Below the pieces are notes generated by a model. It ran no database searches. It saw only the letters and a program-made list of their open reading frames with translations, and was not told the origin of the DNA. The position numbers and the translations under genes were made by a program. A stretch of DNA of 64,000 nt from an uncultured Candidatus Saccharibacteria bacterium (GTDB lineage: Bacteria > Patescibacteriota > Minisyncoccia > Phycocordibacterales > UBA918): assembly GCA_964350645.1 (NCBI GenBank), contig CAYGJY010000002.1:246431-310430 (forward strand), in the 5' to 3' direction. Below are positions 37,826 through 51,398 of this stretch, piece by piece. The stretch's first letter is position 1; each line of letters starts with the position of its first letter.

Positions 37826-38920
37826 ATGGCCTTTGATTTTAAGAAAATCTTTTCTTCATTAAAAAACTCTGTTCCTCAAGTCCCCAAGCGGGTGATGGGG
37901 ATTGATATTGGTTCGTCATCGATTAAGGTGGTTGAGGTAGAACAGACTGATGTGGCGCTGACTCTACGCACCTATGGTGAATTGCAACTTGGTCCTTATG
38001 CTGACAAGGACTTGGGTGAAGCTGTTACGCTTGAGCCCCAACGCCTCACTGAAGCGGTGGTTGATGTGATGCGTGAGTCAGGCGTACAAGCGACTTCAGG
38101 TGTTTTGGCGCTGCCGCTGGGAGCTAGTTTTGTGACGGTTGTGCCGATTTCAGTGACTGCAACTGAAGACATTGATTCTAAGATTAGAGTTGAAGCACGA
38201 AAGTATATTCCGGTACCACTATCTGAAGTTATTTTAGATTGGTCTGAACTCGATCAATATGGAGATAAAAATAGCCAGGTACATGAAGTATTATTGGCTG
38301 CAATTCAAAGTGAGGCATACAGGCGGTATCAAAAATTAATGAGTGATGTTGGCTTGGCTTCTGAACCAGCTGAGATAGAGCTTTTTAGTACTGTGCGCGG
38401 GATTTTTAGACCAGAAGACACCACAATTGGAATTATTGATCTTGGTGCACAAACGAGCAAACTTTACATTGCTGCTGAGGGAAATCTTGAACGTATCCAT
38501 CGCGTGTACGAAGGAGGGGCTGCGTGTACCAAACGCATCTCTAAGATGCTGTCCGTTTCTTTTAGAGAAGCTGAGATTATGAAGCGAAATTACACACCAG
38601 GTGATGCGGCCGGTGAAGATATAAAAAAAGCCTATAGCAGCACTATCGAGCGTTCGGCACAAGAATTTAAGCGAGTTATTGAACAGTATGAAGCCCGTAA
38701 AGGGGCACCGCTTGGGCGAGTAGTTATTACTGGTGGTGCGGCTGCATTCCCTGGAGTTGAAGCTCACCTAAGTGATTTATTTTCCCGAGATGTTGTTAAG
38801 GTACGACCGTTTGGCAAGTTGGCTTATCCAGCTTTTATGGAAGATACGTTACAAGAAGCTGGCTTGTCATTTGCGCCAGCGCTTGGTGCCGCTATCAGAC
38901 CTTTTTATTTAAACAACTAA
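37826..38920 (+). CDS. pilM: Type IV pilus assembly protein PilM (actin-like ATPase fold).
   Basis: 'VMGIDIGSSSIKVVEV' N-terminal actin-fold motif, 364 aa. Confidence 0.85.
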   Translation: MAFDFKKIFSSLKNSVPQVPKRVMGIDIGSSSIKVVEVEQTDVALTLRTYGELQLGPYADKDLGEAVTLEPQRLTEAVVDVMRESGVQATSGVLALPLGASFVTVVPISVTATEDIDSKIRVEARKYIPVPLSEVILDWSELDQYGDKNSQVHEVLLAAIQSEAYRRYQKLMSDVGLASEPAEIELFSTVRGIFRPEDTTIGIIDLGAQTSKLYIAAEGNLERIHRVYEGGAACTKRISKMLSVSFREAEIMKRNYTPGDAAGEDIKKAYSSTIERSAQEFKRVIEQYEARKGAPLGRVVITGGAAAFPGVEAHLSDLFSRDVVKVRPFGKLAYPAFMEDTLQEAGLSFAPALGAAIRPFYLNN

Positions 38921-38978
38921 ACTACCTGTCCACAAGGAACACGATAATGTTTTTTAGTTTCGCGTATAATTATTAGTA

Positions 38979-39725
38979 ATGGATAGTTCTCCGAGTGGAT
39001 CTTTTATACCAAAACGAAATGTGGCTCACCAACCACGCCGACCTGTTGGGAAGCGGATTTATCTGTTCAGCTATGTTGCGTACACGTTCTTTTTTGGGAC
39101 ATTACTCGGGGTGGTAGGTATTTTCTTTTTAAATCAACAAGCAGATAAAAAACTTAATGAAACCATAGCTTTAGTTAGTGTCGCACAGGCCGATTTCGAC
39201 CGGGAACAAATCAAAGAAATTACTGATATTGATGCTCGCATTCGATTGGCAAAGCAAGTACTTGATGCACATGTAACCTTACGATCAGTCTTTGCGGGAT
39301 TGGAAAGTTCGGTAGTTGAATCTGTTCAGTTTTCTTCATTTGGGTATACATATAATGATGGAGAACCAGTCAAAATAAAACTTGAAGCTTCAGCACCAGA
39401 TTTTGATACCATTCTATTCCAACGAGAAATGCTAGCTGGAAGTTTACTGTTTAGCGATGCCCAGTTCAGTGAAATAATGTATGGAACTGCCGCGAATGAG
39501 TCTGAGGATACAGAAGAAATTTCTAGTGAAGTGAGATTTGTGATTGAAGCATCTATACCAGTTGCTGATTTAGCGTATCAGCCGCTGAACCCTGAGAGGG
39601 CAGCACCAGTTATAGAAACTGAGGTGTTTGATGAAATAAATGTGGAGGGAAGTGAAGAAATTGAAGAAATTAATGAAGCAGCAGCAGAGATCAGAGCTGA
39701 TATTAGTAATCAAGAAAATCTCTAG
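38979..39725 (+). CDS. PilN-like bitopic pilus-assembly protein with acidic C-terminal tail.
   Basis: Single N-terminal TM 'IYLFSYVAYTFFFGTLLGVVGIFFL', position between pilM and pilO-like. Confidence 0.5.
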   Translation: MDSSPSGSFIPKRNVAHQPRRPVGKRIYLFSYVAYTFFFGTLLGVVGIFFLNQQADKKLNETIALVSVAQADFDREQIKEITDIDARIRLAKQVLDAHVTLRSVFAGLESSVVESVQFSSFGYTYNDGEPVKIKLEASAPDFDTILFQREMLAGSLLFSDAQFSEIMYGTAANESEDTEEISSEVRFVIEASIPVADLAYQPLNPERAAPVIETEVFDEINVEGSEEIEEINEAAAEIRADISNQENL

Positions 39726-39728
39726 TTT

Positions 39729-40307
39729 ATGGGCGCTCGAACTACAATTCAGATAGCATTGATCGTTATTTCGATCATTATTATAGCTACTTTTATTAAT
39801 CCGAAATTTCAAGTATTAAAAGCAACTCAAGACGAAACTGTGGAATATCAAGAGGCGCTTGATAATGCAAATTCATTTCAATCTGAGCTGCAACGTTTAC
39901 AGACTCAAGTTGATAGTTTTTCTGCCACTCAGTTGTCTGCTCTTGAAACGTATTTGCCTGACACTGTTGATCCAGTAGTAGTAATGCGTGACTTGGCAGC
40001 AATCGCAGAGCAAGTCGGTTTGGATGTGACTTCATTAGCAACTGCTGAGGGATTTGAATCGAGAAGTGCTAATTCAGTCGCTGCACAGGGTCAAGCATTT
40101 GAGGAGGAAAGATCATCAGTGACTCTAGCCACTACTCAAGTGAGTTTGGGTGTGATCGGAGACTATGAACAGCTTAAAAATTTTCTCAACTTTGTTGAGC
40201 AAAACAAGTACCCTCTTCGCGTGACTGCAATGAGCTTTACGGCAAGTGGAGATGTATTGTTTTCAGTCGAATTTACTATTGAAACCTATTCCTTAGCAAC
40301 ATCATAA
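39729..40307 (+). CDS. PilO-like pilus-assembly protein.
   Basis: N-terminal TM, coiled-coil 'ELQRLQTQVDSF', gene order. Confidence 0.5.
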   Translation: MGARTTIQIALIVISIIIIATFINPKFQVLKATQDETVEYQEALDNANSFQSELQRLQTQVDSFSATQLSALETYLPDTVDPVVVMRDLAAIAEQVGLDVTSLATAEGFESRSANSVAAQGQAFEEERSSVTLATTQVSLGVIGDYEQLKNFLNFVEQNKYPLRVTAMSFTASGDVLFSVEFTIETYSLATS

Positions 40308-40309
40308 CT

Positions 40310-40603
40310 ATGACACCTTTTGTAAAAAACGGCCTTATACTCCTCGGCATTCTCGTCATTGGCGGTTTGGGTTATTACTTATTCGTTCTTAATAGTGATG
40401 CTGATCTAGTCGTTTCTACGACAACTACAAATGCCGCGCAATTAGCAAGTGAACAATTCTTGCGTGAGCTCAATACTATTAAGACGGTTAATTTGTCAGG
40501 TGACTTATTTTCAGATCCGCGTTTCCTATCCTTGACTGATTTCTCAGAGCCATTGGTTGAGAAGTCAGTTGGTCGAAATAACCCTTTCTTCCTGGCGCAA
40601 TAG
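40310..40603 (+). CDS. Small bitopic membrane protein in pilus operon (PilP-like position).
   Basis: TM 'GLILLGILVIGGLGYYLFVL'; translationally coupled. Confidence 0.4.
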   Translation: MTPFVKNGLILLGILVIGGLGYYLFVLNSDADLVVSTTTTNAAQLASEQFLRELNTIKTVNLSGDLFSDPRFLSLTDFSEPLVEKSVGRNNPFFLAQ

Positions 40604-40606
40604 CGT

Positions 40607-42400
40607 ATGGATGTATTACAAAGTTTACAATCACAGCAGATCATCTCACCTGAGGTAGTTACTAAGGTTGAACAAAGAGTTGGTAAAGATGGTGAATCAT
40701 ACGAATTAGCTCTCCTGGCGGAAGGAGTTTCGTCTGATGTGTTGAGAGATTCTTTTTCGTCATATTATGGTGTGCCGAGTCATATCTTTCGAGAAGAAGA
40801 TGAAGTCACCGAGGAAATACTTTCATACATACCTGAAGATTCTGCGCGACATTATAAAATTATCCCGCTCAAAGTAGAGGATGAGGTACTTGTTGTTGGT
40901 GTCAACGACCCGGAAGATTTACAGATTCGCGAAGTTCTGAGTTTTATCAGTAGCAAACACGGTTTGCCGTATAAGTTAGTCTTCATGCTGAAGGCTGATT
41001 TGGAGAAAGCGCTGCAGGCATATGACAACTTAACCGGTGAAGTTGACGAAGCCCTCACCTCACTTGAAGATGAACTGAGTGCCAAAACAGACCCTAAATC
41101 GAAAGAAGAAGAATCAAAAGATGCCCTTGAGCACCTTAAAGAGGACGCTCCTGTTACTAAAATTGTGGCTACAATTTTACGTTATGCAGTAGACGGTGGA
41201 GCTTCTGATATTCACGTTGAACCAAATGATACTAAAGTCAAAGTTCGTTTCCGAGTAGATGGTATTTTAGCGACTAGTTTAGAATTACCAGTAAAAGTCC
41301 AATCGGCAGTGGTGGCGCGAGTAAAGATTTTGTCCTCAATGCGCCTTGATGAGAGACGTAAGCCACAAGATGGTCGATTCTCGGCGACCTTTGACGGTCG
41401 GAAGATTGACTTCCGTGTTTCAATTCTCCCGACAAATCATGGCGAAAAGATTGTGATGCGTATTTTAGATAATGTGAAGGGCGTCAGCACTTTAGCTGAT
41501 ACTGGAATTTCAGAACGCCATATCGAATCTATTCGACGAATGGTACAAGAGCCGTTTGGTATTATTTTAATCTCGGGTCCAACTGGATCTGGTAAGTCGA
41601 CTACGTTGTACGCCATGTTAGGCGAGATCGATAAACAAAGTAAAAATGTTTTGTCACTAGAAGATCCAGTTGAGTATAATATTGAAGGAGTCAGTCAATC
41701 TCAAGTACGACCAGAGATTGGGTATACGTTTGCAGCCGGGCTGCGTACGGCGCTCCGTCAAGATCCTGACGTGATTCTCGTGGGTGAGATTCGTGATAAA
41801 GAAACCGCTCAACTAGCGATTCAGGCTGCTCTTACTGGTCACTTGGTTCTATCTACTATTCACACCAACAACTCGATTGGAGTGATTCCGCGTCTTATTG
41901 ACATGGGGGTTGATCCTTATTTGATCGCTCCGACTCTGAAGCTCGCAATTGCCCAACGATTGGCTCGTCGCATTTGCCCTGGCACTGGTAAAGAAGAGTC
42001 AATTGACGGTAGTATCGAAACTATGATGAATCGCGAGTTTGAAACCCTGCCAGAGCGATATCATTCAGTCATTCCAAAATCTCGGACTGTATTGCATCCA
42101 GAACCGTCGGCGGGGTGTGCCACTGGTACTAAGGGGCGGGTAGCAGTGACGGAATTATTTGAAGTGACAACCGAAATAGAGGGTTTGATTTTACGCGGTG
42201 CGTCAGAAGAAGATATGTATCAAGCGGCTCGTAAAAATGGATTTGTGAGTATTAAAGAAGACGCTATCATTAAAGCGCTTAATCATACTATTCCGTATGA
42301 AGAAGTCAGTGTCTTCGGTACGAAGGTTGGTCAAGAAAATGTATTACAAGAAGAGTCTCCTGTCGATAACCTGCTAAAAGAAGATTCACTTGACGTATAA
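40607..42400 (+). CDS. pilB: Type IV pilus assembly ATPase PilB (GspE family).
   Basis: Walker A 'GPTGSGKSTT', Asp box, His box, tetracysteine-like region 'CPGTG...CATGTKGR'. Confidence 0.9.
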   Translation: MDVLQSLQSQQIISPEVVTKVEQRVGKDGESYELALLAEGVSSDVLRDSFSSYYGVPSHIFREEDEVTEEILSYIPEDSARHYKIIPLKVEDEVLVVGVNDPEDLQIREVLSFISSKHGLPYKLVFMLKADLEKALQAYDNLTGEVDEALTSLEDELSAKTDPKSKEEESKDALEHLKEDAPVTKIVATILRYAVDGGASDIHVEPNDTKVKVRFRVDGILATSLELPVKVQSAVVARVKILSSMRLDERRKPQDGRFSATFDGRKIDFRVSILPTNHGEKIVMRILDNVKGVSTLADTGISERHIESIRRMVQEPFGIILISGPTGSGKSTTLYAMLGEIDKQSKNVLSLEDPVEYNIEGVSQSQVRPEIGYTFAAGLRTALRQDPDVILVGEIRDKETAQLAIQAALTGHLVLSTIHTNNSIGVIPRLIDMGVDPYLIAPTLKLAIAQRLARRICPGTGKEESIDGSIETMMNREFETLPERYHSVIPKSRTVLHPEPSAGCATGTKGRVAVTELFEVTTEIEGLILRGASEEDMYQAARKNGFVSIKEDAIIKALNHTIPYEEVSVFGTKVGQENVLQEESPVDNLLKEDSLDV

Positions 42401-42409
42401 TGTATTTAT

Positions 42410-42775
42410 ATGAAACTTCTGCTCGTTGATGATGATGCCTTTTTACGTGATATGTACGCGACAAAGTTCACGGAGGCTAAACACGATGTTTCAGTAGTAA
42501 AGAGTGGCGAGGAAGCACTTATTCTGCTTGATCAGGGAGAGGCATTTGATGTGATTGTTATGGATATGGTTATGCCAGGGATTACTGGTGTAGAGTTGCT
42601 AAAGAAAATTAAAAAAATTGGAAGTGGAGAAACCGCCAAATGTGTCATTCTTTCAAATCAGGGTGAACAATCAGACATTCAGGCAGCTACAGCAGCTGGA
42701 GCGGTTGGTTATATTGTCAAAGCTGAATCTATCCCGAGTCAAGTGGTAAAAAAAATTGAAGAGTTAGCAGCATAA
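42410..42775 (+). CDS. Stand-alone CheY-like response-regulator receiver domain (PilH-like).
   Basis: 'LLLVDDDAFLR', phospho-acceptor region 'DVIVMDMVMPG', 'GYIVK'; 121 aa. Confidence 0.8.
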   Translation: MKLLLVDDDAFLRDMYATKFTEAKHDVSVVKSGEEALILLDQGEAFDVIVMDMVMPGITGVELLKKIKKIGSGETAKCVILSNQGEQSDIQAATAAGAVGYIVKAESIPSQVVKKIEELAA

Positions 42776-42784
42776 TAGTTATAT

Positions 42785-43855
42785 ATGGCAGCCGTAGATT
42801 ACAAAAAAGAACTTAATGACTTAATGGAAGTGGTGACATCAGAAGATGGTTCTGATCTACACTTCTCTGTTGGGGTACACCCAATGGTGCGAGTAGCTGG
42901 CTCGCTTATACCGTTGGTAAAAAAGCCAATTTTGACTAATGATGATATGCATGGCTTTTGTAAAGTCCTTATGACTAAAGAGCAGTATGATACATATATT
43001 GAACTTCATGAGATGGACTTCTCGTATGCATATAAAGAAGGAGTACGTTTTCGTGGTAATGGCTATTTCGAGCGAGGCAATTTATCGGTTGCGTTACGCT
43101 TGATTCCCAATGAAATTCGTACCTTTGAAGAACTCAACCTTCCGACTATCCTTGAGAGTTTCGTAATGCGGCCACAGGGGTTTTTTCTTTGTGTTGGTCC
43201 AGTTGGACAAGGTAAGTCGACAACCCTTGCAGCGATGATTGAGCTAATTAATCAAACTCGATCAGAACATATTGTAACTATTGAAGATCCAATTGAATAT
43301 ATCTTTGAACCCAAAAAGTCTCTGATTGATCAGCGAGAGGTGAAAGTTGATACTAAAGATTTTGCAACTGCACTCAATGCTGCGTTCCGGCAAGATGTCG
43401 ACGTGATTATGGTGGGGGAGATGCGTAACCCAGAAACAATCTCTACAGCAGTAACGGCAGCTGAGACCGGTCACTTGGTGCTTTCGACCTTGCACACCAA
43501 CAGTGCAGCGCAGACAATTGATCGTATTATTGACAGTTTCCCGGCTGGCCAGCAGGGCCAGATTCGTATGCAGCTCTCAACCTCATTGGCTGGTATTTTC
43601 TCGCAGCGTCTCATTCCGCGTATTTCTGGAGGCATGGTGCCTACGTATGAACTCTTGATTAACAACAGTGCCGTTGCTAACTTAATTCGCGAAAAGCGCA
43701 CTCATGAGATTCAGACATTGATTGAAACTGGTCTTGAGCAAGGTATGATTGATATGAACCGTTCGCTAGTTGATCTAGTTAAGAAAGGAGAGATTACCGT
43801 TGAGAACGCATTTGCCTATTCAATTAATCCTAAGGGTCTTGAGCGACTCATGTAA
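42785..43855 (+). CDS. pilT: Twitching motility (retraction) ATPase PilT.
   Basis: Walker A 'GPVGQGKSTT', 'AAFRQDVDVIMVGEMR', His box 'GHLVLSTLHT'. Confidence 0.9.
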   Translation: MAAVDYKKELNDLMEVVTSEDGSDLHFSVGVHPMVRVAGSLIPLVKKPILTNDDMHGFCKVLMTKEQYDTYIELHEMDFSYAYKEGVRFRGNGYFERGNLSVALRLIPNEIRTFEELNLPTILESFVMRPQGFFLCVGPVGQGKSTTLAAMIELINQTRSEHIVTIEDPIEYIFEPKKSLIDQREVKVDTKDFATALNAAFRQDVDVIMVGEMRNPETISTAVTAAETGHLVLSTLHTNSAAQTIDRIIDSFPAGQQGQIRMQLSTSLAGIFSQRLIPRISGGMVPTYELLINNSAVANLIREKRTHEIQTLIETGLEQGMIDMNRSLVDLVKKGEITVENAFAYSINPKGLERLM

Positions 43856-43857
43856 AT

Positions 43858-45066
43858 ATGATTTTTTCTTATAAGGCGATTGACCAAAATAACGCTTCTC
43901 GTGAAGGAACTGTCGAGGCAACCAACATTGACGCAGCGATTTCAACAGTACAAAAGCGAGGTTATACGGTAATTTCGATTGAACCGATTGAAGAAAAAAA
44001 AGCGTTTTATGAAATTCAGTTTGACTGGTTTCAGGGAGTTTCGAATAAAGAGGTAGTAATCCTCTCGCGGCAGCTTGCAACGTTGTTTGATGCGCAAGTT
44101 TCAGCGCTACGTATTTTCCGTTTAATGGCAGCAGAGTCTGAGAGTCCCCAGTTACGCAATGTGCTCAACACAATCGCTGATGATTTGCAGTCAGGAAGCT
44201 CAATCTCGAGAGCGCTTGCCGGTCATCCAAGTGTGTTTTCGTCTTTTTATGTCAACATGGTGAAAGCTGGTGAAGAGTCAGGTTCACTTGAACAATCATT
44301 TGCATACCTGGCAGATTATCTTGATCGGACCTATCAAATCGTTACTAAAGCACGTAACGCTCTTGTTTATCCAGCCTTTGTGGTGGGAGTGTTTGTGTTG
44401 GTGATGGGACTCATGCTCACCTTGGTTATTCCAAAGATCGCTCAGATTTTGACTGATTCAGGTCAGGAATTGCCAATTTATACCAAAATCGTAATTGGTC
44501 TGTCTTCATTTCTCTCGAACTACATTGGCCTCATATTAGTGCTCGGTTCGTTTGTTGGAGTAGGTATCTGGAAGTTTGCTCAAACCGACGTTGGTAAACG
44601 AGCTCTCGATGAGCTTAAGATTAGCGTGCCATACTTAGGCGACCTTTTCAGAAAACTCTACCTCACTCGTATTTGTGATAACTTAGCCACGATGTTGAGT
44701 AGTGGTATTTCAATGGTGCAAGCACTCGAAGTAACTGGTGAAGTGGTTGATAATGCTGTCTACAAAGAAATTATTACCAACACGCTAATTGAAGTCAAAG
44801 GTGGACGATCATTTTCAGATTCTATTTCTGCCTACCCGGAAATCCCAGGCGTATTGTCACAAATGGCTAAGGTTGGAGAAGAGACGGGTAACTTATCTGA
44901 AATTTTGACGACCTTAGCCACATTCTATCAACGTGAAGTGAATAATGCGGTGGACACTCTAATCGGACTCATTGAGCCATTAATGATTGTGATGCTTGGT
45001 CTTGGGGTTGGAACTTTGCTGGCTTCAGTTTTGATGCCTATTTACAATCTGACGAGCGCTATTTAG
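43858..45066 (+). CDS. pilC: Type IV pilus platform protein PilC (GspF family).
   Basis: Two GspF repeats, 402 aa, 3 TM. Confidence 0.9.
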   Translation: MIFSYKAIDQNNASREGTVEATNIDAAISTVQKRGYTVISIEPIEEKKAFYEIQFDWFQGVSNKEVVILSRQLATLFDAQVSALRIFRLMAAESESPQLRNVLNTIADDLQSGSSISRALAGHPSVFSSFYVNMVKAGEESGSLEQSFAYLADYLDRTYQIVTKARNALVYPAFVVGVFVLVMGLMLTLVIPKIAQILTDSGQELPIYTKIVIGLSSFLSNYIGLILVLGSFVGVGIWKFAQTDVGKRALDELKISVPYLGDLFRKLYLTRICDNLATMLSSGISMVQALEVTGEVVDNAVYKEIITNTLIEVKGGRSFSDSISAYPEIPGVLSQMAKVGEETGNLSEILTTLATFYQREVNNAVDTLIGLIEPLMIVMLGLGVGTLLASVLMPIYNLTSAI

Positions 45067-45243
45067 GAAAATAAGAAGTCCGCAAAGCGGACGGCTATAT
45101 GTCCTTAAGCATTCTTGTCCACACCTCGTCACCGTTTCATTATAGTTCTACGTATAATTATAGGTAAACCCTGTAACGTAGGGCAGTCTATCGAAGCAAA
45201 CAGCTGTGGCTTCGATGGAAATCATTAATAAATAAAAGTTTTT

Positions 45244-45708
45244 ATGACAAAACAACTATTCAAACGAGGGTTTACCCTCATCGAACTCCTGGTGGTGATT
45301 GCCATCATCGGTATCTTGGCTTCTGTTGTGCTGGCTTCTTTGAACTCCGCGCGAGACAAGGGAACTGATGCAGCGATTCAGTCTGGGGTTAATAACTTCC
45401 GAGCCCAAGCAGAAATTATTGGCCAGCAAGCCAATGGTTCAGTCAATTATGACACTGTCTGTAGTGGTACGGGTGCAGGTTCGACTGAGGCTTTGCGAAC
45501 AGATGTCGATGCAAAAAATGGAGCAACTGCTTCTAATATGTATTGTGCAGATGACCAAGACGAATGGGTATTTGCTACCCAATTGGTTGGGGCACCTGGA
45601 GATTTCATTTGTATTGACTCAACTGGAGCTTCTGGGGTTACAACTGGGGTAATCGATGCGGCTTCGACAGGCAATAACTGTGCAGCTGTGATCGCTTCAA
45701 GTCCGTAA
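45244..45708 (+). CDS. Type IV pilin (major pilin candidate).
   Basis: Class III signal '[23 protein letters not shown]' with G-1/F+1/E+5; two terminator-like hairpins downstream (45729-45756; perfect 19-bp-stem palindrome 45757-45797). Confidence 0.8.
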   Translation: MTKQLFKRGFTLIELLVVIAIIGILASVVLASLNSARDKGTDAAIQSGVNNFRAQAEIIGQQANGSVNYDTVCSGTGAGSTEALRTDVDAKNGATASNMYCADDQDEWVFATQLVGAPGDFICIDSTGASGVTTGVIDAASTGNNCAAVIASSP

Positions 45709-45806
45709 AGTTTTACGTACAAACAAAAAAAGCGCCTTTTGGCGCTTTTTTTGTTTGTACAGTATGTTCGGCGCCTGCGGCGCCGAACATACTGTACAAT
45801 TAAGCA

Positions 45807-46634
45807 ATGGAAATACCGTTCCTTTCATACTACCTCGCGTTCACTGTGTTTGTTTTTGGAGCCATTATCGGTAGTTTTTTGAATGTAGTTATATATCGTT
45901 TCCATACGGGTAAGTCCCTCAATGGCGATTCACACTGTTTGTCGTGCCTTGAGCCATTACGTTGGTTTGAATTATTTCCACTCGTATCGTATCTCTGTCT
46001 GCGAGGAAAGTGCCGTACCTGTGCCTCCTATATACCACCTCGTTATTTTGTGGTTGAACTAGCTACTGCCTTGGGATTCTTGGGTATCTACAGTCTTGGG
46101 AGCTCTTTTATAACTATGTTTTTCTTGGGGATGGTCTTGGCAGTCCTGATTGTGATTGCTGTCTATGATCTCTATCATTTTGTCATTCCCAATGAGCTTG
46201 TGCTTTTGCTTGGCGTTATTGCGGTAGCAGAATCTGGCTATCGTTTGTACGAAGGAATGGCCTATACAGCTCTACTCAATCCGGTACTCTCAGCGCTAGG
46301 GGCGTTTATGTTTTTTGCTAGCTTATGGAAATTCTCCAAAGGTCGCTGGATTGGATTTGGTGATGCCAAGTTAGCGATACCGCTCGGTTTCATGGCTGGA
46401 TTTCCGGCAGTCTTTTCACTAGTCGTTTTATCGTTTTGGATCGGGGCAGTGCTCAGTGTGGCTTTATTAGGTTTACAACAATTAAGCCACAGGGGAAAAT
46501 TATCCTTACAATTTTATGGTGCAGAACTTACAATGAAGAGTGAGATTCCGTTTGCGCCATTTCTTATCCTTGGCTTTATCCTCAGTACTATATATAGAAT
46601 TGATGTGCTGACAATAATTACGTATGTTTTTTAA
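45807..46634 (+). CDS. pilD: Prepilin peptidase PilD (A24 family).
   Basis: N-terminal tetracysteine 'CLSCLEPL...CRTCASYI', catalytic Asp region, multi-TM. Confidence 0.85.
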   Translation: MEIPFLSYYLAFTVFVFGAIIGSFLNVVIYRFHTGKSLNGDSHCLSCLEPLRWFELFPLVSYLCLRGKCRTCASYIPPRYFVVELATALGFLGIYSLGSSFITMFFLGMVLAVLIVIAVYDLYHFVIPNELVLLLGVIAVAESGYRLYEGMAYTALLNPVLSALGAFMFFASLWKFSKGRWIGFGDAKLAIPLGFMAGFPAVFSLVVLSFWIGAVLSVALLGLQQLSHRGKLSLQFYGAELTMKSEIPFAPFLILGFILSTIYRIDVLTIITYVF

Positions 46635-47244
46635 GTTGTTTAAAATTAAACGCGGTACTACGAGAGGTTTCTCTTTGATTGAAGTACTCATCACTTCTGC
46701 AATTATTGGTATTTTAACGGGAGTTGTCTTGGTACGATACAATGGCTTTAACAGTTCAGTCTTGCTTAAAAATCAAGCGTTTGAGCTGGCGCTTGCAATT
46801 CGTGAAGCTCAGGTATTTTCGGTCAGCATCAGGGGTGACGGTAGTGAATTTCGTGAAGCTTATGGTGTACATATCGATCTAACAAGTGGTCCAACTCAAA
46901 CGTACACCTTGTTCCTAGACAACGGTAGTGATGCTGAGTTATTTGATGCCAGTGATCAGATAGTTGAGACCGTGTTGATTGACTCACGTTTTGAGATACA
47001 TGATATATGCGTGACTATCGGTGGGTCAGAGCGTTGTTCGTCTGCATCAGGAAATAGTGACCCTAATTCGCTCGATGTTTCATTTAGACGACCAAACTTT
47101 GATGCACGAATTGGTGGGGTGAGAAACAGCGGTAGTAATTTTACAAGACAGGATTCAGCTAGAATCTTATTACGCAGTATCGGGATAGATTCTATAGAAC
47201 GACAGTTGGTGATTAATAGTACTGGGCAGATTACGGTAGAATAA
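46624..47244 (+). CDS. Pseudopilin / minor pilin 1.
   Basis: 'RGFSLIEVLITSAIIGIL' prepilin signal. Confidence 0.7.
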   Translation: MFFKLFKIKRGTTRGFSLIEVLITSAIIGILTGVVLVRYNGFNSSVLLKNQAFELALAIREAQVFSVSIRGDGSEFREAYGVHIDLTSGPTQTYTLFLDNGSDAELFDASDQIVETVLIDSRFEIHDICVTIGGSERCSSASGNSDPNSLDVSFRRPNFDARIGGVRNSGSNFTRQDSARILLRSIGIDSIERQLVINSTGQITVE

Positions 47245-47246
47245 AT

Positions 47247-47879
47247 ATGATGCGGCGTACTCAACAACAGCGTGGCTTTACTCTCGTAGAAATGCTCGTT
47301 TCACTTGGCCTTTTTTCAGTTGTGGCGACCATGAGTGTTGGGACACTTCTAGTGTTGATCGATGCTAATGCTCGGGCTCAGAGTATGCAGCTGGTAATGA
47401 CTAATCTCTCTTTCTCAATGGACAGTATGACTCGCGAACTTCGTACTGGTTTTAATTGGTATTGCGGAGCTGCTGATACAACTGTCGATGGTGATGATAA
47501 GCAAGATTGCTCTGTGGCCGATAACGCTGAGATGATCTCGTTGGTTGAAAGTGGTCGCAATACGACCGGGGGGTCAAACTTCGATGAGCGGCGAATTAAT
47601 TATTATTTTGATGCTGATTATTACGGTACTGGCAGAGGTGCAATTTTGCGTTTGCTTGGTCAGGGTGGGACGCCACAGCCTCTTACTGGAGGCGACATTG
47701 ACGTCGATCAATTTGAATTGGTAGTTACTGGGACAGCGGTCGGTTCAGATGGTAATAATGAGCAACCCAATGCGAGTATTTTTATTAAAGGAAAAGCAGA
47801 CGTCATCGCTGGTGGGCAAGTGGGATCCCGGGAATTTGCGTTGCAGACCACGGTAACGCAGCGTTTAATTGATTATTAA
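47247..47879 (+). CDS. Pseudopilin / minor pilin 2.
   Basis: 'RGFTLVEMLVSLGLFSVV' prepilin signal. Confidence 0.7.
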   Translation: MMRRTQQQRGFTLVEMLVSLGLFSVVATMSVGTLLVLIDANARAQSMQLVMTNLSFSMDSMTRELRTGFNWYCGAADTTVDGDDKQDCSVADNAEMISLVESGRNTTGGSNFDERRINYYFDADYYGTGRGAILRLLGQGGTPQPLTGGDIDVDQFELVVTGTAVGSDGNNEQPNASIFIKGKADVIAGGQVGSREFALQTTVTQRLIDY

Positions 47880-48485
47880 TATGAAATTGCAGACACGCAT
47901 AGATGGATATTCTTTAGTTGAAGCACTAGTGGCGATCTCGATTTTATTGATTGCAATTGTTTCTCCGATGACGATTGCGGTTCAGGGAATTAAAACGTCA
48001 AATTACGCCCTCGAGCAAAATACTGCGTTCTTTTTGGCCCAAGAAGGAATTGAGTCACTGTTTGCTTTGCGAAGTGATCATGAGCTGTTAACTTTTTATG
48101 ATTCAGGTTACTCAGGAGATTGGATTAGCAATGAACTAAATGGCTCTGGCCCTTGCGCGTTAAATAGCACTGGGGATACTTGTAGTTTTGGAGTGAGCTT
48201 TGCCGCAGACGGTACGGTTGTATTCAATCATGGGTCTAATCAGTGTTCGTCTGGCAACGAAGAGCGTTGTCGATTGTATTATGACGAGGCGGACGTACCC
48301 TCGACCTATTCACACAGCGCAGCAGGTGCGGGCGCATCCGCAAGTCAATTTATTCGAATTATCACGGTGACCTATGAGCAGCCGTATGTCGTGAGTGTCG
48401 TTTCTGAGGTCATCTGGAATTCGGTGGTCTTTGGTGGCGCAGCTCAAACGGTAACTTTAGAAACTAGTTTGTTTGATTTAAGTTT

Positions 48486-48489
<4 letters not shown>
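47869..48489 (+). CDS. Pseudopilin / minor pilin 3.
   Basis: 'DGYSLVEALVAISILLIAIV' prepilin-like signal; Cys-rich globular domain. Confidence 0.65.
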
Positions 48490-51076
<2,587 letters not shown>

Positions 51077-51101
51077 GGTTAGTGGTATCATCGTTTTTAC
51101 T

Positions 51102-51395
51102 ATGACTAAAGAAGAAGTATTGCGACTTGGTGAATTAGCTAGAATACAATTGTCAGAGGCAGAAGTGACTCAGTTTCAAAAAGAAATTGGTGATATTTTA
51201 GGCTACGTGAGTACCATCGATGATGTTGTAAAAGAAGGAGCGCTTGAGAAAAAAGTAGGGGCAGTTTTCAATGTTTTTCGCGAAGATGAAATAACCAACG
51301 AACCAGGTTCTTACACGGCTGATTTGTTAGCTGAGATGCCAGATACCGATGGAAACTATCTGCGCGTTAAAAAAATTCTAAAACAAGACGATTAA
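51102..51395 (+). CDS. gatC: Glu/Asp-tRNA amidotransferase subunit C.
   Basis: 97 aa, 'LARIQLSEAEV...' GatC pattern, immediately upstream of gatA. Confidence 0.8.
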   Translation: MTKEEVLRLGELARIQLSEAEVTQFQKEIGDILGYVSTIDDVVKEGALEKKVGAVFNVFREDEITNEPGSYTADLLAEMPDTDGNYLRVKKILKQDD

Positions 51396-51398
51396 CCT